64,000 nt of DNA from assembly GCA_964016885.1 (NCBI GenBank), contig OZ024741.1:324384001-324448000 (forward strand), given 5' to 3'. Below are positions 13,557 through 32,229 of the stretch, piece by piece; within the stretch, counting starts at the first letter, position 1; each line of letters begins with the position of its first letter. The DNA comes from Eledone cirrhosa (taxonomy: Eukaryota). A model generated the notes under the pieces. It was not told the DNA's origin, did not search any database, and worked only from the letters and a program-made list of their open reading frames with translations. Position numbers and translations under genes: made by a program.

Positions 13557-13841
13557 ACAATCAGGGGAAGCAATCTTTAGATAAGTTCCACACTGTAAAA
13601 AATACCTTTATATCTCTTGAGAGAGAACATTCTGTTTAAGCTTCGACGCCATATGTCAAAAAATGTTTAATGGCGTGGTCATATAAATAACACTGGACGT
13701 GTTATCGGCTAGAAAGATCAGCGTAATATTAGTCACAAATGCATCAACAAAACAAATTAATAAGTTTGGAGCATATTGGTGTTATTAGCGGTCAACGTAC
13801 AAACTTCTGTTTCCTGAGTATTATATAGTATATGTATGTAT

Positions 13842-14236
13842 GGCGGTGGATTGGGAGTATCGGTAGAGGGTCGGACGCCATGCTTTCCAGCATAGTTACG
13901 TCCCTTTATGATCTGAGTTCAAATCCCGCCGAGGTTGACTTTGCCTTTCATCCTTACGGGGTCGATAAAATAAAGTACCAGTAATGCACTGGGTAATTGC
14001 TGGCCTTGTGCCTAAAGTAGAAACAATTATATAGTATATGTATACAAGGGTGGTGGATTGGCAGTATCGGTAGAGGGTTGGACGCCATGCTTTCCAGCAT
14101 AGTTACGTCCCTTTACGATCTGAGTTCAAATCCCGCGAGGTTGACTTTGCCTTTCATCCTTACGGGGTCGATAAAATAAAGTACCAGTAATGCACTGGGT
14201 AATTGCTGGCCTTGTGCCTAAAATAGAAACAATTAT
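13842..14236 (+). mobile_element. Tandem pair of tRNA-derived SINE family A (13842-14030, 14049-14236)
   Basis: B-box-like GAGTTCAAATCCC and the shared body ggggtcgataaaataaagtaccagt. Further full or partial copies at ~11370-11490(+), 14918-15100(+), 16805-16985(-), 17198-17420(+), 30993-31050(-), 37450-37505(-) and 57803-57995(-). Confidence 0.85.
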
Positions 14237-14408
14237 ATAGTATATATATGTATGTATATATATATGTGTGTGTTTGTTTTATTTATGTGTGTAACACTAC
14301 AGTTAAAGGTGGCACGACGTTTGAAGCATTCAATACTGTTACATGGTCTGCTCGCGTTGGATTGTATTCCAGAGTTAAAGCGGCTGTAGTGTTCAGAGTG
14401 TATATAGC

Positions 14409-14713
14409 GTAAGTAGAATCCAAGTCAGTGTTGCGGTATATGTACAAACTTTACTGGCATATTACTAATTGATTCGATATATATCAGATCCAGTTACAAT
14501 CAAAGAAACGCGGCCCAACTCTTCTTCGACATCTCGTCAGATATGAGAGTTTATATGTGTCTTTGCACATATAAGCTCGCATATCTGACGAGATTTCGAA
14601 AAAGAGTCAGGCCCTATCACTTTGATTGTACTGAGCTGATCGATATCGAAACAATTGTAATATGTTATTAAATTTTGTACATATGCTGCAACACTGACTT
14701 CTATTCTACTTAC
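14409..14713. mobile_element. ~305-bp palindromic (fold-back) element with a hammerhead in each arm
   Basis: Arms 14409-14560 and 14566-14713 are diverged reverse complements around ttatatgtg-tctttg-cacatataa. Confidence 0.85.
14580..14664 (+). ncRNA. Type-I hammerhead ribozyme, extended stem II
   Basis: CATAT-CTGACGA-GATTTCGA...TCGATATC-GAAAC-AATT-GTA-ATATG. The mirror copy at 14458-14545(-) has GAATC instead of GAAAC. Confidence 0.88.
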
Positions 14714-15190
14714 TCTTTCTCTATATATGTATATAAGTTAGATTCAGAAGGCTGCTACAATACAAATGAAACTATAAATATCGAAATATCTTCGAAATAT
14801 TTAATAGTACTTTATATATTCCGGGTAAAAATCCGCTGATGTGCTTGGACTGGGGTTTCAAGCAACACATGCAAATGATGGGCGTGGCAGGAACCATGTT
14901 AAACTCTTAATATTTGTTCGGTAGAGGGTCAGATGCCATGTTTTGCAGCATAGAGTTACGGCCCTTTATGATCTGAGTTCAAATCCCGCCTTTCATTCTT
15001 ACGGGGTCAATAAAATAAAGTAGCAGTCACAAACTGTGGTCGATTTAATCGACTTTTCCCTCCCCAAAAGTTGCTGGCCTTGTGCCTATATAAGAAACAA
15101 ATATTTGTTATAGGTAGGTCTGATCTAGCAGTAGCAGCAGTAACTTTAGCGGCTATGTTAACCTTAGGATAGTTGGAGACCTTTTATTTT

Positions 15191-15269
<79 letters not shown>

Positions 15270-18264
15270 GATATTTTATCCGAAATATGAGGTGCTAGTA
15301 AATATATTAAATATTACCAGAATAACATTCCGAACTCAAATTTTTTTTCTGGTCTGGTTCGAGGGGAAAGATATAATTTCATTTTATATGCGTTGCTTTA
15401 TTTGTTTTCATATTTTGATGTAGGTGGTGTACCGGTATATGTGTGTGTACGTTGGTGTGTGTGTGTGTACGAACGTATGTTTGTGTATATGTTAATTTGG
15501 GCAACAGATTTCTTTGTAAAAGAAATATATTCAGACAGATTTGGTGTATCTGCTAGTTGTGTTATAGCCTATCGCTGAGAAGTAACTATGGAGAGTAATT
15601 TGGATATTAATAGGAATGAAGACAAAAACGTTATTTTAGGAGAATGAGTCTAGATTAAGGTAGAATTGAAATGTTTGCGCTGAAGTAATTTTTGTTTGAA
15701 GATCATTGGTGTTATTGAGATGAATACGTCTGAGTGTTTGTGTGTGTTGTGTGGGTGCAGATTTAATCATTAGAAAACCCATATGTATGAAGCCATTACC
15801 ATACCGCTTACTCTTACCTTCATACACATATATACTCTAATTCACAAGCCCATACAATTCAAACCAACATCATGTCCGCCATCTCAAACTCCACATTCCC
15901 ACCTACAATAAAGCGTTTGGGTGTGTGTGAAGAAGGGCCTCCTCCAGTCTGATGCCAATTCTTCCAGTTGTTTCATCAACAGACCACCATATTTATGAAA
16001 TTATCCTGCAATTGAGTATTCCACATATTCGTGTATCCATAACGTAATTGTCAGGGAAATTCAGCGTAACACAATTTGTGACAAGGACGCAAGTAATCGA
16101 ACTGACGTGACCTTAACATTCTAACCAAAACCCTTCACCAATAAACCATGTGACTGTCCACAAACAAATCTATAAAACAGATCAACTATATAGACATATG
16201 CAGTACATATGCTTAGATAGGTCAATTATAGGTCATGATGCTAATGATATCATATTTGACTCAACAGCGATACATTGATAAGTAAGTTTGATATTCTCTA
16301 TTCGATTCAAATTTGATAACATGGCATATGGTAGTCTCATTATACATCCATTCATATAGTCATTAGTTTAATGAAACGCATAGCACCATGTGGTCTTCAT
16401 ATCAGCTATTACCTGCAGTAATTTCACCGATATGAAAATTCGATAGAGTTGCTCAAGGATGGTACAATCGTTTAACATAGACTCAACGGGGAAGAATTTA
16501 CACGGTCGCTGAACCTGCTAGACATAGGAAATAAATCCTCACACAGTACTGTTTTAAAAATGAATACGTTGGATAATGTAGTCCTAGATACATTATGTCA
16601 GAAATATTAGACCAAGTGCTCTTGTTTGGATAGCTTTTGATCATAATTGTGCTCAAATATATCTTTTGATATAGTCGGGTTAATATATTTAAATCTTATT
16701 TTATACATAGAGTTTCCATCCCAATGTTTCTTGCATATATGCACGATATTTTCTACGACATCAACACCATTATCATTATCATCATCATTGTTATAATAAT
16801 CATTGTTACTACTTTTAGCACAAGGCCAGCAATTACCCCAGTACATTACTGGTACTTTATTTAATCGACCCCGTAAGGACGAAAGGCAAAGTTAACCTTG
16901 GCGAATTTTGAACTCAGACCATAAAGAGCCGTAACTCTATGCTGCAGAGCATGGCATCCGACCCACTACCGATATTGCCTATCCAAATAATAACTATTGT
17001 CGTTGTTTCTGCGCTCATCTTCTAACGCTGGAGAAGTATTACAGTGTTACAGCCACTCAGCAGTTAGTTTTATCTTTCATACTTACGGTTCAATAATATT
17101 AGTATCGACAACACACAGGGTTAATTGAATCGACTTTTCCCTTTCCTTCGAATTGCTGACCTTGTGCCCGAAATAGTAACAACTAATGTTAGTGTCCTGG
17201 ATTGGCGGAAACATTAAATTGTCAAACAAAGGTTTGATATATTTTTTTCTAGCACCTTACCTTACATTCTGAGTTCAAATCCCACCAAGGCTACATTGAC
17301 CCTCATCTTTCAGGCGTTGATAAAATAAAGTGCCAGACAAGTACTGGAATAGATATAAATCGAAACCTCTTCCGCACCCCCAAAATATTGTTGACGTTGT
17401 AACCAAATTAGAAACTAATCATTTTATTTTTTACATCTTAGACCAATCCTCTGTCATTTTTCCATTCCCAGGTGCGAATCAAATAATTATCAATATTGGA
17501 GCCGCTCTGTTAAGATCCCTGCCTTGCTTGTGAAGAAGAATTACTCAGCAAGGGATATATGGCGAGGAATATCAAATATTGTGATGGCACGTGGCCTAGT
17601 AGTAAGAGTGATAGACTTACAGTCGTAATGTCATTGTTTCTATTCTTGGATTGGGTGGCGTATTGTCTTCTTGATCAAAACACGTTACTAAAGTCCACTC
17701 AGCTGAAAATTACTACCAATACTAGCTGGAGATTAACGCCAATTGACCTGGTGAGTATCTTTTTTTAAAATATTTAATAACATTTCTGTGTAATTTTTAG
17801 AAGGATATAGCCAACATTTACAATCAATAGTTCGATTATGATATTTATGTATTCTACCTGATTTATATCTATGAATAACATGTGGTCGATCGTTTAATTT
17901 TCCTCTCTTTATGACTCCACATGTCGCATTGTAGGGTGACTTAGTAATACTGAAACCCGTTGAGACGTGTGTTTGTCTCACCTCTATGTTGTGAATATTT
18001 CTTTAAACTGGCATAGTTTCCAGTTTGTTGAAAAGCTTTATGACTGAGCTCAACTCTATTATATCTGTATACATATAAACTTTATTTATAGTCTTCTTTC
18101 TTTTTGTTCTTGTGTATGGGAATAAAAGTAAATTTTATTAGTTTTAACAATTTAACTCAATAGATATTTAACAATGTTATCGAAGAGCAATTTATGACAG
18201 TGCCTGCATATAGTTTCCCTTTGGCTACGACTAGGCAACCAGACACAATCATGTATGCAAACAT

Positions 18265-18363
<99 letters not shown>

Positions 18364-18366
18364 CAA

Positions 18367-18444
<78 letters not shown>

Positions 18445-18659
18445 ACATTAATTATATTTAACTCTGTTTCTGTCGCCTTCTATTTGTCTTTTTCGTTTTT
18501 GTATTCTTTCTATTTCACTCTATAAGTTTTCAATTCTGCAAGCAAATGAAAACTATAGACTTGTTTACATTAAAATATTACCGGGAGAATTTCCGTAATC
18601 TATAAAGAAAAAAAAAATTCAATGTGTGTGTAGGTGGGTCTTGGAGATCCATCGAATAT

Positions 18660-18910
18660 GAAGATGAGCGTTCCAGTTGATTCGATTAATGGAACAATCT
18701 GTTCGTGAAATTAACCAGCAAGTGGCCGAGCATGCTATAAACAGGTGCAGTCTTTACATAGTTGTCAAGGAGATACAGCATAACACATTGTTGGACAAAA
18801 TTGATCCTTTGAATTACAGGTATAACAATATTTCCAGCTGAGTGGGCTGAAGCAATGTGAAATAAGTGTATTGCCCACAAACGTTCGATCTTATGAGTGT
18901 ACGCCTACCT
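18660..18910 (-). mobile_element. tRNA-derived SINE family B copy (others at ~39530-39990+, 55845-55950-, 56425-56545+, 56985-57490+)
   Basis: Shared segments (cactcagctgg, gcacgttaatttcacgagcagg, ctgaatctccc) and a tRNA-like head gcgtacgtggcttagtggttag at ~39531. Confidence 0.6.
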
Positions 18911-19929
18911 CCTTAACTACTAAGTACCCCGCATTCACTGTTAGAGTATTAAATTATATTTATTTTTGATCAAACATGAGTTGAATCATAGGGGACGCGT
19001 TTGTATTTAAAAAACAAAACCAAAAAAAACCCAAAACAGCAACAACAAAAAAAGCAAAAAATGTTAATACAAAATAAGGCTAACAATATGCTGGTGACAA
19101 TAGAAAAGGTGAGTTACACACTCGGACTAAAAAAAAATCCACATATCTTATTAAATTCCACCCCCCACATTTTCGTAGCTTTTGCTTTGTTAAAAATGTA
19201 AACATTTTATCACGGTATTTAATCTAGTTTCAATTAAGATGGCTTCTTATATATTGTTTTGTTCATTTAAAGGTTTTTATGAACGAAGAAGAAGAAGAAG
19301 AAGAAGAAGAAGAAGAAGAAGAAGGTGTTGGAGGAGTAGGAATATAAGATGGAGGAAAATAGGAGGGGGAGAAAGAATTGAAAATATTAGTCAACTGTTT
19401 TGTCTTAGAATAATTTCCTGTTATGGTGTGATTTCGTATTTATTGCTGCGTTGTTGATTTTTTGTCTGTTTTGTAGCTGTTTTTGTTATCGTTGTTTGTG
19501 TAATTGCTGTTTCTATTTTCATTGTTGTTGTTGGCGATGATGATCATGAAGAGGGTGATGAAAATGATAATACTTTCTTTTTGGGGTTGTTTTTTGTTTG
19601 TCTTTCGACTTGCTTCTATCTTAAATGCTTTTGTTTTAGTTTGTTTTTATTTGTTGTTGTTGATGACGTATGTCCTGTTATTTTGGCTGCTATTATTGAT
19701 GTTTTGGGCGATGTTGTTATTGATGACAATATTGTTATAGTAGGTAGAAAGTCACAATTGAAATACTATGTAATCTTAGTTACACACGTTTAAAAAACAG
19801 TACTGTATTGCTGAACGAGTGATCTGAGACTAACTATAGCAGCAACAATAATGGCGATTTTCATCATACACTGAACGTCAAACATGTCTTGTATTCTTGA
19901 TCCTTGATTCAGGGTCTTGAAATAACTCA

Positions 19930-20110
19930 CGGAGGAGGAGCCCCTCCCTGGACTCCTTCCTCCGACTTCTGTCCCTTTCCAGTCTTGGCCATGAGGGTGC
20001 CAGGCTGGTGAGGTCTTCTCGGCATCTTGCCCATTTTCTTGATGTCCACTCTGTCACTTTGATCGTCTATTTGTTGTCACTGTGGCAGATCTATTGCATA
20101 CATTTCCATT
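19930..20110 (-). mobile_element. RTE-like LINE 3' relic
   Basis: Minus-strand translation KW...SDNK*TIKVTEWTSR resembles the RTE C-terminal DNRWT..VTEW.PR motif; heavily decayed. Confidence 0.45.
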
Positions 20111-20339
20111 CCGCAAGACATCATGTGACAGATTCTATTCAGAATTTCGCAACTGCAAGTTTCAAATTCATAATTTTCAAAATGAATTTTATATTAATCT
20201 CCATTTAGTTAAAATATTTAATTATTAAACCAATAAAACAAAAGTATAGCTTTTTTTCAAATTTAGATTTTAAAATCAAATTAGTTCTATACAAATCCGG
20301 ACATGCCTTGATATATTATTTCTTGCAAACTAGGAATAA

Positions 20340-21450
20340 TTAATTTTTATTTGGAGCTAATTATGCAATTAGGTAAAAACGCTCCAGAAAGGTATGAAAT
20401 GTTCAGGACTGCTGATGGATTAACTTTATCTGCTGAGCATCTGTTTTTCGTTGGGATAAAAGGTTCAAGAGCGGTAAAGAAGACATGAGAGACGATGAAA
20501 AGTAAGATAGAGAGAAGGACGTCAGGACATCTGAGCTGGTTGAGAAAATTCGCAATTTTCTGGATGATGACCGTCGCGTGTCTATAAACGTAATGAGCAT
20601 AGGTTTTGGTGTTGGTGGGGCAAGTGTACGCAACTATACATGAAGATCTGAACGTATGGTGTTGGTGGGGCAAGTGTACACAACTATACATGAAGATCTC
20701 AACGTATGGTGTTGGTGGGGCAAGTGTACACAACTATACATGAAGATCAGAACGTATGGTGTTGGTGGGGCAAGTGTACACAACTATACATGAAGATCTG
20801 AACGTATGGTGTTGGTGTAGAAAGTGTACACAACTATACATGAAGATCTGAACGTTTGGTGTTGGTGGGGCAAGTGTACGCAACTATACATGAAGATCTG
20901 AACGTATGCAAAATTTGGGCAATGTTGTTTACAGGCATTTCAGTGAAAGACGCAGTGGTAACAGTAGGGAGATTGTTGAGCTCATTACTTCAAAAGCAAG
21001 AGTACTTCAGTCTCAGGTGACCCGGGACGAAATCTGGATCTACTGTTATGATCCAGAAACCAAGAGGCTGAGTGTGTAATGGAAGCATATTGGTTGCCCC
21101 AGAACCAAGAAGGACAATCAAAGGAAGTCCAAAGGGAATATAATATTGACACCCTTTTCGATAATTAGGACATTATCTACATCCATTGGGTTCCTTCTGT
21201 CGTCAACAAAGAATATTTTGTGAAGGTTTTGACGGAGTTCCGAAAGAGATTTCGTGGTAACAGGCCAAAGCTTTTCCACTATGAGGGTTGGCACCAGCAC
21301 CAGGACAAGACACTAATCTCACAAATTCAATCTGATAACCAACTACTTGACGGAGATAGGCATCAAAATTGTCCCTCGCCATCCCTACAGTTCAGAGCTT
21401 GCTCCCTGTGACTTTTGGCTGTTCCCAACCCGCAGGAGAACCTCAGGGTC
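20340..21450 (+). mobile_element. Degenerate mariner (DD34D-type) transposase relic
   Basis: Fragments LGKNAPERYEMFRTA, KIRNFLDDDRRVS, VTRDEIWIYCYDPETK and HPYSSELAPCDFWLFP, across frameshifts. Confidence 0.85.
20608..20907. repeat. 50-bp minisatellite x6 inside the mariner relic
   Basis: Unit ggtgttggtggggcaagtgtacacaactatacatgaagatctgaacgtat at 20608, 20658, 20708, 20758, 20808 and 20858. Confidence 0.95.
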
Positions 21451-21454
21451 AGTC

Positions 21455-21495
<41 letters not shown>

Positions 21496-21509
21496 CATCA
21501 TATAGATCT

Positions 21510-22010
21510 CATGGGTGCAATGCCAATATTCTCATTAACCTTATGATTCTGGAAAAATGTCATAAAATGTATAGAAATCTGAGTACTGTTTGGGTTGACT
21601 CTAAGAAAGCATTTGACAGTATTTCCCACACATGGATTTTGAAAATTTTAGATTTTCTGAAAATTTCCTCAATAATATCAAACTTCCTGAAATACAACAT
21701 GTCTATATGGAATACAAACCTTTCATTGTCACAGTAATGGGGTTATAAATTTCAGCAGCACAGGTTTTAACTTTGGTATTTTCCAGGGTCATTCGTTTTC
21801 TCCTGCTGTCTTTAATGCTTATCAAAACAAAATATGGTTACAAAATAGACGGTAAAACAATAAATCACCTGTTTTATATGGATGACTTAAAGCTGAATGC
21901 CAAAAATAAAAACGGACTGCTGAAGAGAGTCAAGGTGTTCAGCGATGATGTGGGCTTAGAGATTGGACTGGAAAAATGCGCCAAACCAACATTTAAGAAA
22001 AGCAGAATTG
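21510..22010 (+). mobile_element. Non-LTR RT fragment, R4/Dong-like
   Basis: WVDSKKAFDSISHTWIL and INHLFYMDDLKL motifs in ORFs 21369..21737 and 21773..22075. Confidence 0.75.
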
Positions 22011-22077
22011 TTCCCCGTGACAACCGTGCTACCTTTATCAGCTATTTTAATAGTGGTTTCGGTTTTTCTTTGTAATA

Positions 22078-23309
<1,232 letters not shown>

Positions 23310-23313
23310 AACA

Positions 23314-23384
23314 AATGTGTATCGAATATTGAACCCGGTTCACACGCGTGGCAACTGACCATTCTATCACTAAACCACCAATTG
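23314..23384 (-). pseudogene. tRNA-Gly(GCC)-like pseudogene or SINE head
   Basis: Minus strand ttggtggtttagtgatagaatggtcagttGCCacgcgtgtgaaccgggttcaat matches the eukaryotic tRNA-Gly pattern, but the acceptor and anticodon stems are broken. Confidence 0.6.
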
Positions 23385-24182
23385 TCTGATTATCCTGCGC
23401 ATGCGTTACATGCAGTTGTATATTTTTTCTTTCTTTTCTCTTTCCTACGTGTCAGTAGTTAGTTATTATCCTGATTTTTTTCATTATTCTATGTGTGTGT
23501 GACTGTGTGGTGGTGGCATCTTTCTCGTATCTTATAAATGTTGGTATTGTGCGTCTTTATATTGTCCTTAATCACACACACACATACAGAAAAGAAGAAT
23601 CAGGATAACAACTAACTAATGAAAAGTAAAATAGAGAGACGAAAACACACACACACACTCACACACCTGAATGTAACGCATGTGCAGTTCATAGAAACAC
23701 GATAGTGTAAAACAGAGCAAAGAGGAGTCACAAAGTAATAAAATTATTCATTGAAGAGGTCATAGAATGAGTGACGAAGAACTTTAACAATTAACAAGAT
23801 AATTTTATCACTCAATCCCCCGAAGTTCTTGTTATTTTTCAGAACTGTTTGTATATAATAGGCAAATATATTTCATTGGAAATGTGGTAATGAAATGGTT
23901 AGCCCAGTGCATTGCAAACCTTCAATTTCCTATTTTCATCATGATATTGTATCTCTGGAGGCAATCTTACAGTTTTTTTTCAGCAGACAACAGTTAAAAT
24001 GTTTAACGAAACATAAGAAGATGTTTACGTGTCTGACCTTCAGATTTCGTTACAGTCTTCTAATTCATCATACTCACGCACCTACACATTTTTCACAATT
24101 GCCTGAATATTATAGGATTTCACATCATATGGTGATAGGCAGACCATCTAGCATCCATACACTTTCACAAACACACAAAAAT

Positions 24183-24234
<52 letters not shown>

Positions 24235-24297
24235 ATTTATATATATATATATATATATATAATAAATATATACATATATATAAAAATAAATATATAA

Positions 24298-24352
<55 letters not shown>

Positions 24353-24384
24353 ATGTATTGATATAAATATATATATATACATAA

Positions 24385-26652
24385 CGTAGGAAATGAGGTA
24401 AGCAACCAGATGGACCATAACGCACCAAAGTACTCAATACTTAGGGTAGTAGAGTGGGTAATAGGAACGAGTAGGAACTCGACGGCTGAGCTCAAGCCGT
24501 TTCGACGGCTAATTCTGGACTAAATGAAAATGTTTATCCTGGTAAATGAATAGCCGAGCTTCTCAGGGGGTAATTCCATATATGGTAAAAGTGATTGTCA
24601 CAAGGATTGGTCAAAAGTTTGTTGTTGAAACACATAATTCTATCATGGCATTTTGTGGAAGGGAGGGGTAGCTGAACTTGCCAGGAGAAGAAAAAGGGAG
24701 AGGGAGTGGAGGAAACCCAGTCGTGCGTTGAAAGTGACAACTACAGCAGAATCCTAAGGATAATATGTCAAGAGAAGTACACTAGAGAGGGAGAGGGGGG
24801 AGGAAGTCGAAACAATACGTAAATCTATATGGAGTAAATATATAGAAAAATAAGAATCTTAAAAATATTTAAAAAAACACAATTTCTGGTTACTATTCCC
24901 CTACCACAATCATCAAATCTCTCACTGGTACTGCTAAACTATAGAAAAGTTTATTAGGTGGGACGGAATACTAAATACGAGATTGTAGTGAAAGAATTTT
25001 ATGAGTTAGTAGTTATCGGCCAAATCTATCTTACAATGACAGGTCAACAAGTAGGGGGCCAAAATACTAAAAAAAAAAAACTAATACGAAATAATAATTC
25101 AGAGTCCCGAAACTAATAAGAAATATTAATTCAGAATCCTGAAAATGAATACTAATACGATATATAAGAGTACCGCTATAATACATAAATTCTAATACAA
25201 ACTACATAAATGCTCGTACGATATATATGAAATATTTAATACGAAAAGTTAATTCAGAATCCCCACTCCGAAAAAAAAAATACTGATATTCGAGAAACTA
25301 AAGTAGAGATACCACTAAGAAATCTAGAAATCACGGAAATGAGGCAGCAATCAGATAAGAAATCAAGTATCTGGGGTCTAGCACATCTGCTATAAAAAGC
25401 GAAGTCGGCCAATTCTATCATAGAATAGGGGCTGGGGTGGGGGTACTGAGGCTACAGAGGACCGAAGGGCTGCCTCGGGGTGGGCGAGAAGGTGAAAAGA
25501 ACGACGACAAAGAAGGAGAACTGGGGTGGAAGGACTAGGAAGGGATGGGGGAAGAAGGAAATATAGAGGAAACGATAAAAAATATATAAAATCTCACGTC
25601 TACCTTTGTAAGCAGGGGTTACCCATTACAAAGTCGGCAAGTGGGGTGTTCCAGCAGTTGTCTACCCCCCTCCCCCCGAGTCCTTATGGGGTTTGAGGGC
25701 AAGAGAAGTCCTACGCAATCTGTGTTTGCATGCAGTTACCAGTTCGTATTTCTTGTTTAGGAGTTGGTCCGTCGAAAACAACATTTGTAATGTTTCCTCC
25801 GAGCATAAGTTACATGGACGGCGTTCTCCCGTGTAAGATTTGGCTCTGGACAGTAAGCTCCAGATGAGATTATAGGTTATATTATCTTTGAGGTCCCAGA
25901 TGTGGCCCGAAAGTGTAGTGGCGTGACGCCGGGCCGGGTTTCGGAAAGCATATCTGTGTTAGCATAGCCGGGTCTTGAAGTCACAAGTGGTTAATCCTAT
26001 ATAAGCTTTGTTGGAGGTGTCCGTCCTCACGTTGCACTGGTAGATCACATTACGATCTCTGCATCTGTTGTCGAGGGGGCAAATGGATCCAACAGGACAG
26101 TTACACCTCCTGGCCGGCTCTCCACTGCTATCTAGGTTATTTCTTCCATAGGGGTTGAGTTTTTTGTTGTTAGAGGAGACGATGTTTTGTGCAAAGTTAG
26201 GTGTGTTCTGTAGGAGAGTTTGATGGTATTTTTGTTGATTATGTTGTGGTAGCGGTGTTGTAGTGGGAAGTGTTTTTCGATGAGCCTAAAGAATATTTTA
26301 CCGATAGGTGTTGTAACCTCGGCATTGTGGGGAGGATTGAACCATGTTACGTTGCGTGAGCGGCAGTGTCGCCTGCTGGTTCCGCTAATGGAAGCTGGAC
26401 AGTAGAATATTTCCTCCCGGAAGCCACTCGAATATCTGCTCATTAGCGGACAAACGAGATACGCGGAGGGAGATGTTTTTAACCAGGTTATTGGTGATGT
26501 TTCTAGGATGGTTTGACCGGCGGTGGATGTAGTGCAGGTTGTCGTTTGGTTTCCTGTATGGGTAGTAGAGATCATTATCGAGGTCAAGGCTAACGTCCAG
26601 GAAGTTTACTCGGGTTAGGGACGTTTGTAGGGTTATTTTAAATCCCCAGTCG
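24385..26652 (-). mobile_element. PLE copy (inverted arm): RT end + GIY-YIG + 3' pLTR with HHR variant at 24475-24572
   Basis: Reverse complement of 26967-29181, with small indels and an extra terminal module at 24385-24465. Confidence 0.92.
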
Positions 26653-30832
<4,180 letters not shown>

Positions 30833-30878
30833 CATATAAATGTAAGTATGCAGACGTACATACATATATATACATATT

Positions 30879-30912
<34 letters not shown>

Positions 30913-31276
30913 CACACACATATACATATACATATAAATGTAAGTATACACACGTACATACATATATGTACGTATGGATCATATCGAACATTAATAATTG
31001 TTTCTACGTTAGGCACAAGACCAGCAATTACGCAGTGGATTACTGGTACATATCGAGCATTAATAATAATGTTAGATTCGTTTGTAAACAAAGCTGTACT
31101 GTGCCGGTGACCGATCGTCACCTGTTTGTTTAACACTGGCTTTGAGGAATAATCAACATGTTTCTGTGTCATTACACCAGTCTGTTGAACGGTTGAAAAT
31201 ATATAGTATTTTCTTAAGTACGTATGCATGCTTACATTTATCTATCAGCTATGCTAGGGTGAGAAATAAATTTCTC

Positions 31277-32055
31277 GGATGAAGCTAGTATGATGTGTGT
31301 ATTTCTAGTAGATATAGCACGTGTTGCTGGCCAGTCGCTGATTTGAACTTGAAGTGTAAATACGGATCGCTGGAACTTCTTCCTTGTTGAAAATCCAAGT
31401 ATCCACTTCTGTGGTTTACCATCCGATTAATTGGTGAAATATATTTCTTTAATGGAATATATACAGGGAAGATTAATCATATTATAAGGTATCTATTTTT
31501 GAAGTTTTGGTCAACTTTATTTAGTTACCTACCTAGCTATGTGTGGTTACACACTTGTAAAAATTATCTCCTGTGATTATTCATGTTTATTTATATGTTA
31601 ATCAATTTCTAGTTATTATAAAATGCTCGGACCTACTCGTTAGAATCTTAGAGATTATTTTGCGGGTGATATGGCGCATGTCTTTCTGGCATAACACCCA
31701 TAATTTTGATTTAGATTAAATTCATTTGATTTATCTTAATTTTGGATATATATATATATAAATACGGCTCCTTAATTGTAGAGCTAACTCTGTTGAAAAG
31801 ACTCGACTGCTGTTTCTAGTTGTCGATAACCCTATTCACGCCACTGGGACGAAGCTAGTATGATGTGTGTATTTCTAGTAGATATAGCACGTGTTGCTGG
31901 TCAGTCGCTGATTTGAACTTGAAGTGTAAACACGGATCGCTGGAACTTCTTGCTTGTTGAAAATCCAAGTATCAACTTCCGTGGTTTACCATCCGATTAA
32001 TTGGTGAAATATATTTCTTTAATGGAATATATACAGGGAAGATCAATCATATTAT
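31277..32055. repeat. ~205-bp direct repeat (31277-31485 and 31847-32055)
   Basis: gaagctagtatgatgtgtgtatttctagtag...gggaagat.aatcatatt occurs twice. Confidence 0.9.
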
Positions 32056-32229
32056 TTATTTTATAATATTTATGTTCTTTCTCACATATATATATATTGA
32101 GTTATATATGTAGATGTGTGTGTGTGTGTGTGTGTGTGTGTACGTATGCATACGTATGTGTATGTATATATGTGTGTGTAGGTATATATGTGTATGTGAG
32201 TATGTATGTGTATGTATGTGTAAGTGTAT

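Noticed and set aside
31150-31190. Minus-strand GAAAC-AT-GTT preceded by ctggtgt
   Set aside because: Core too degenerate and no convincing stem I.
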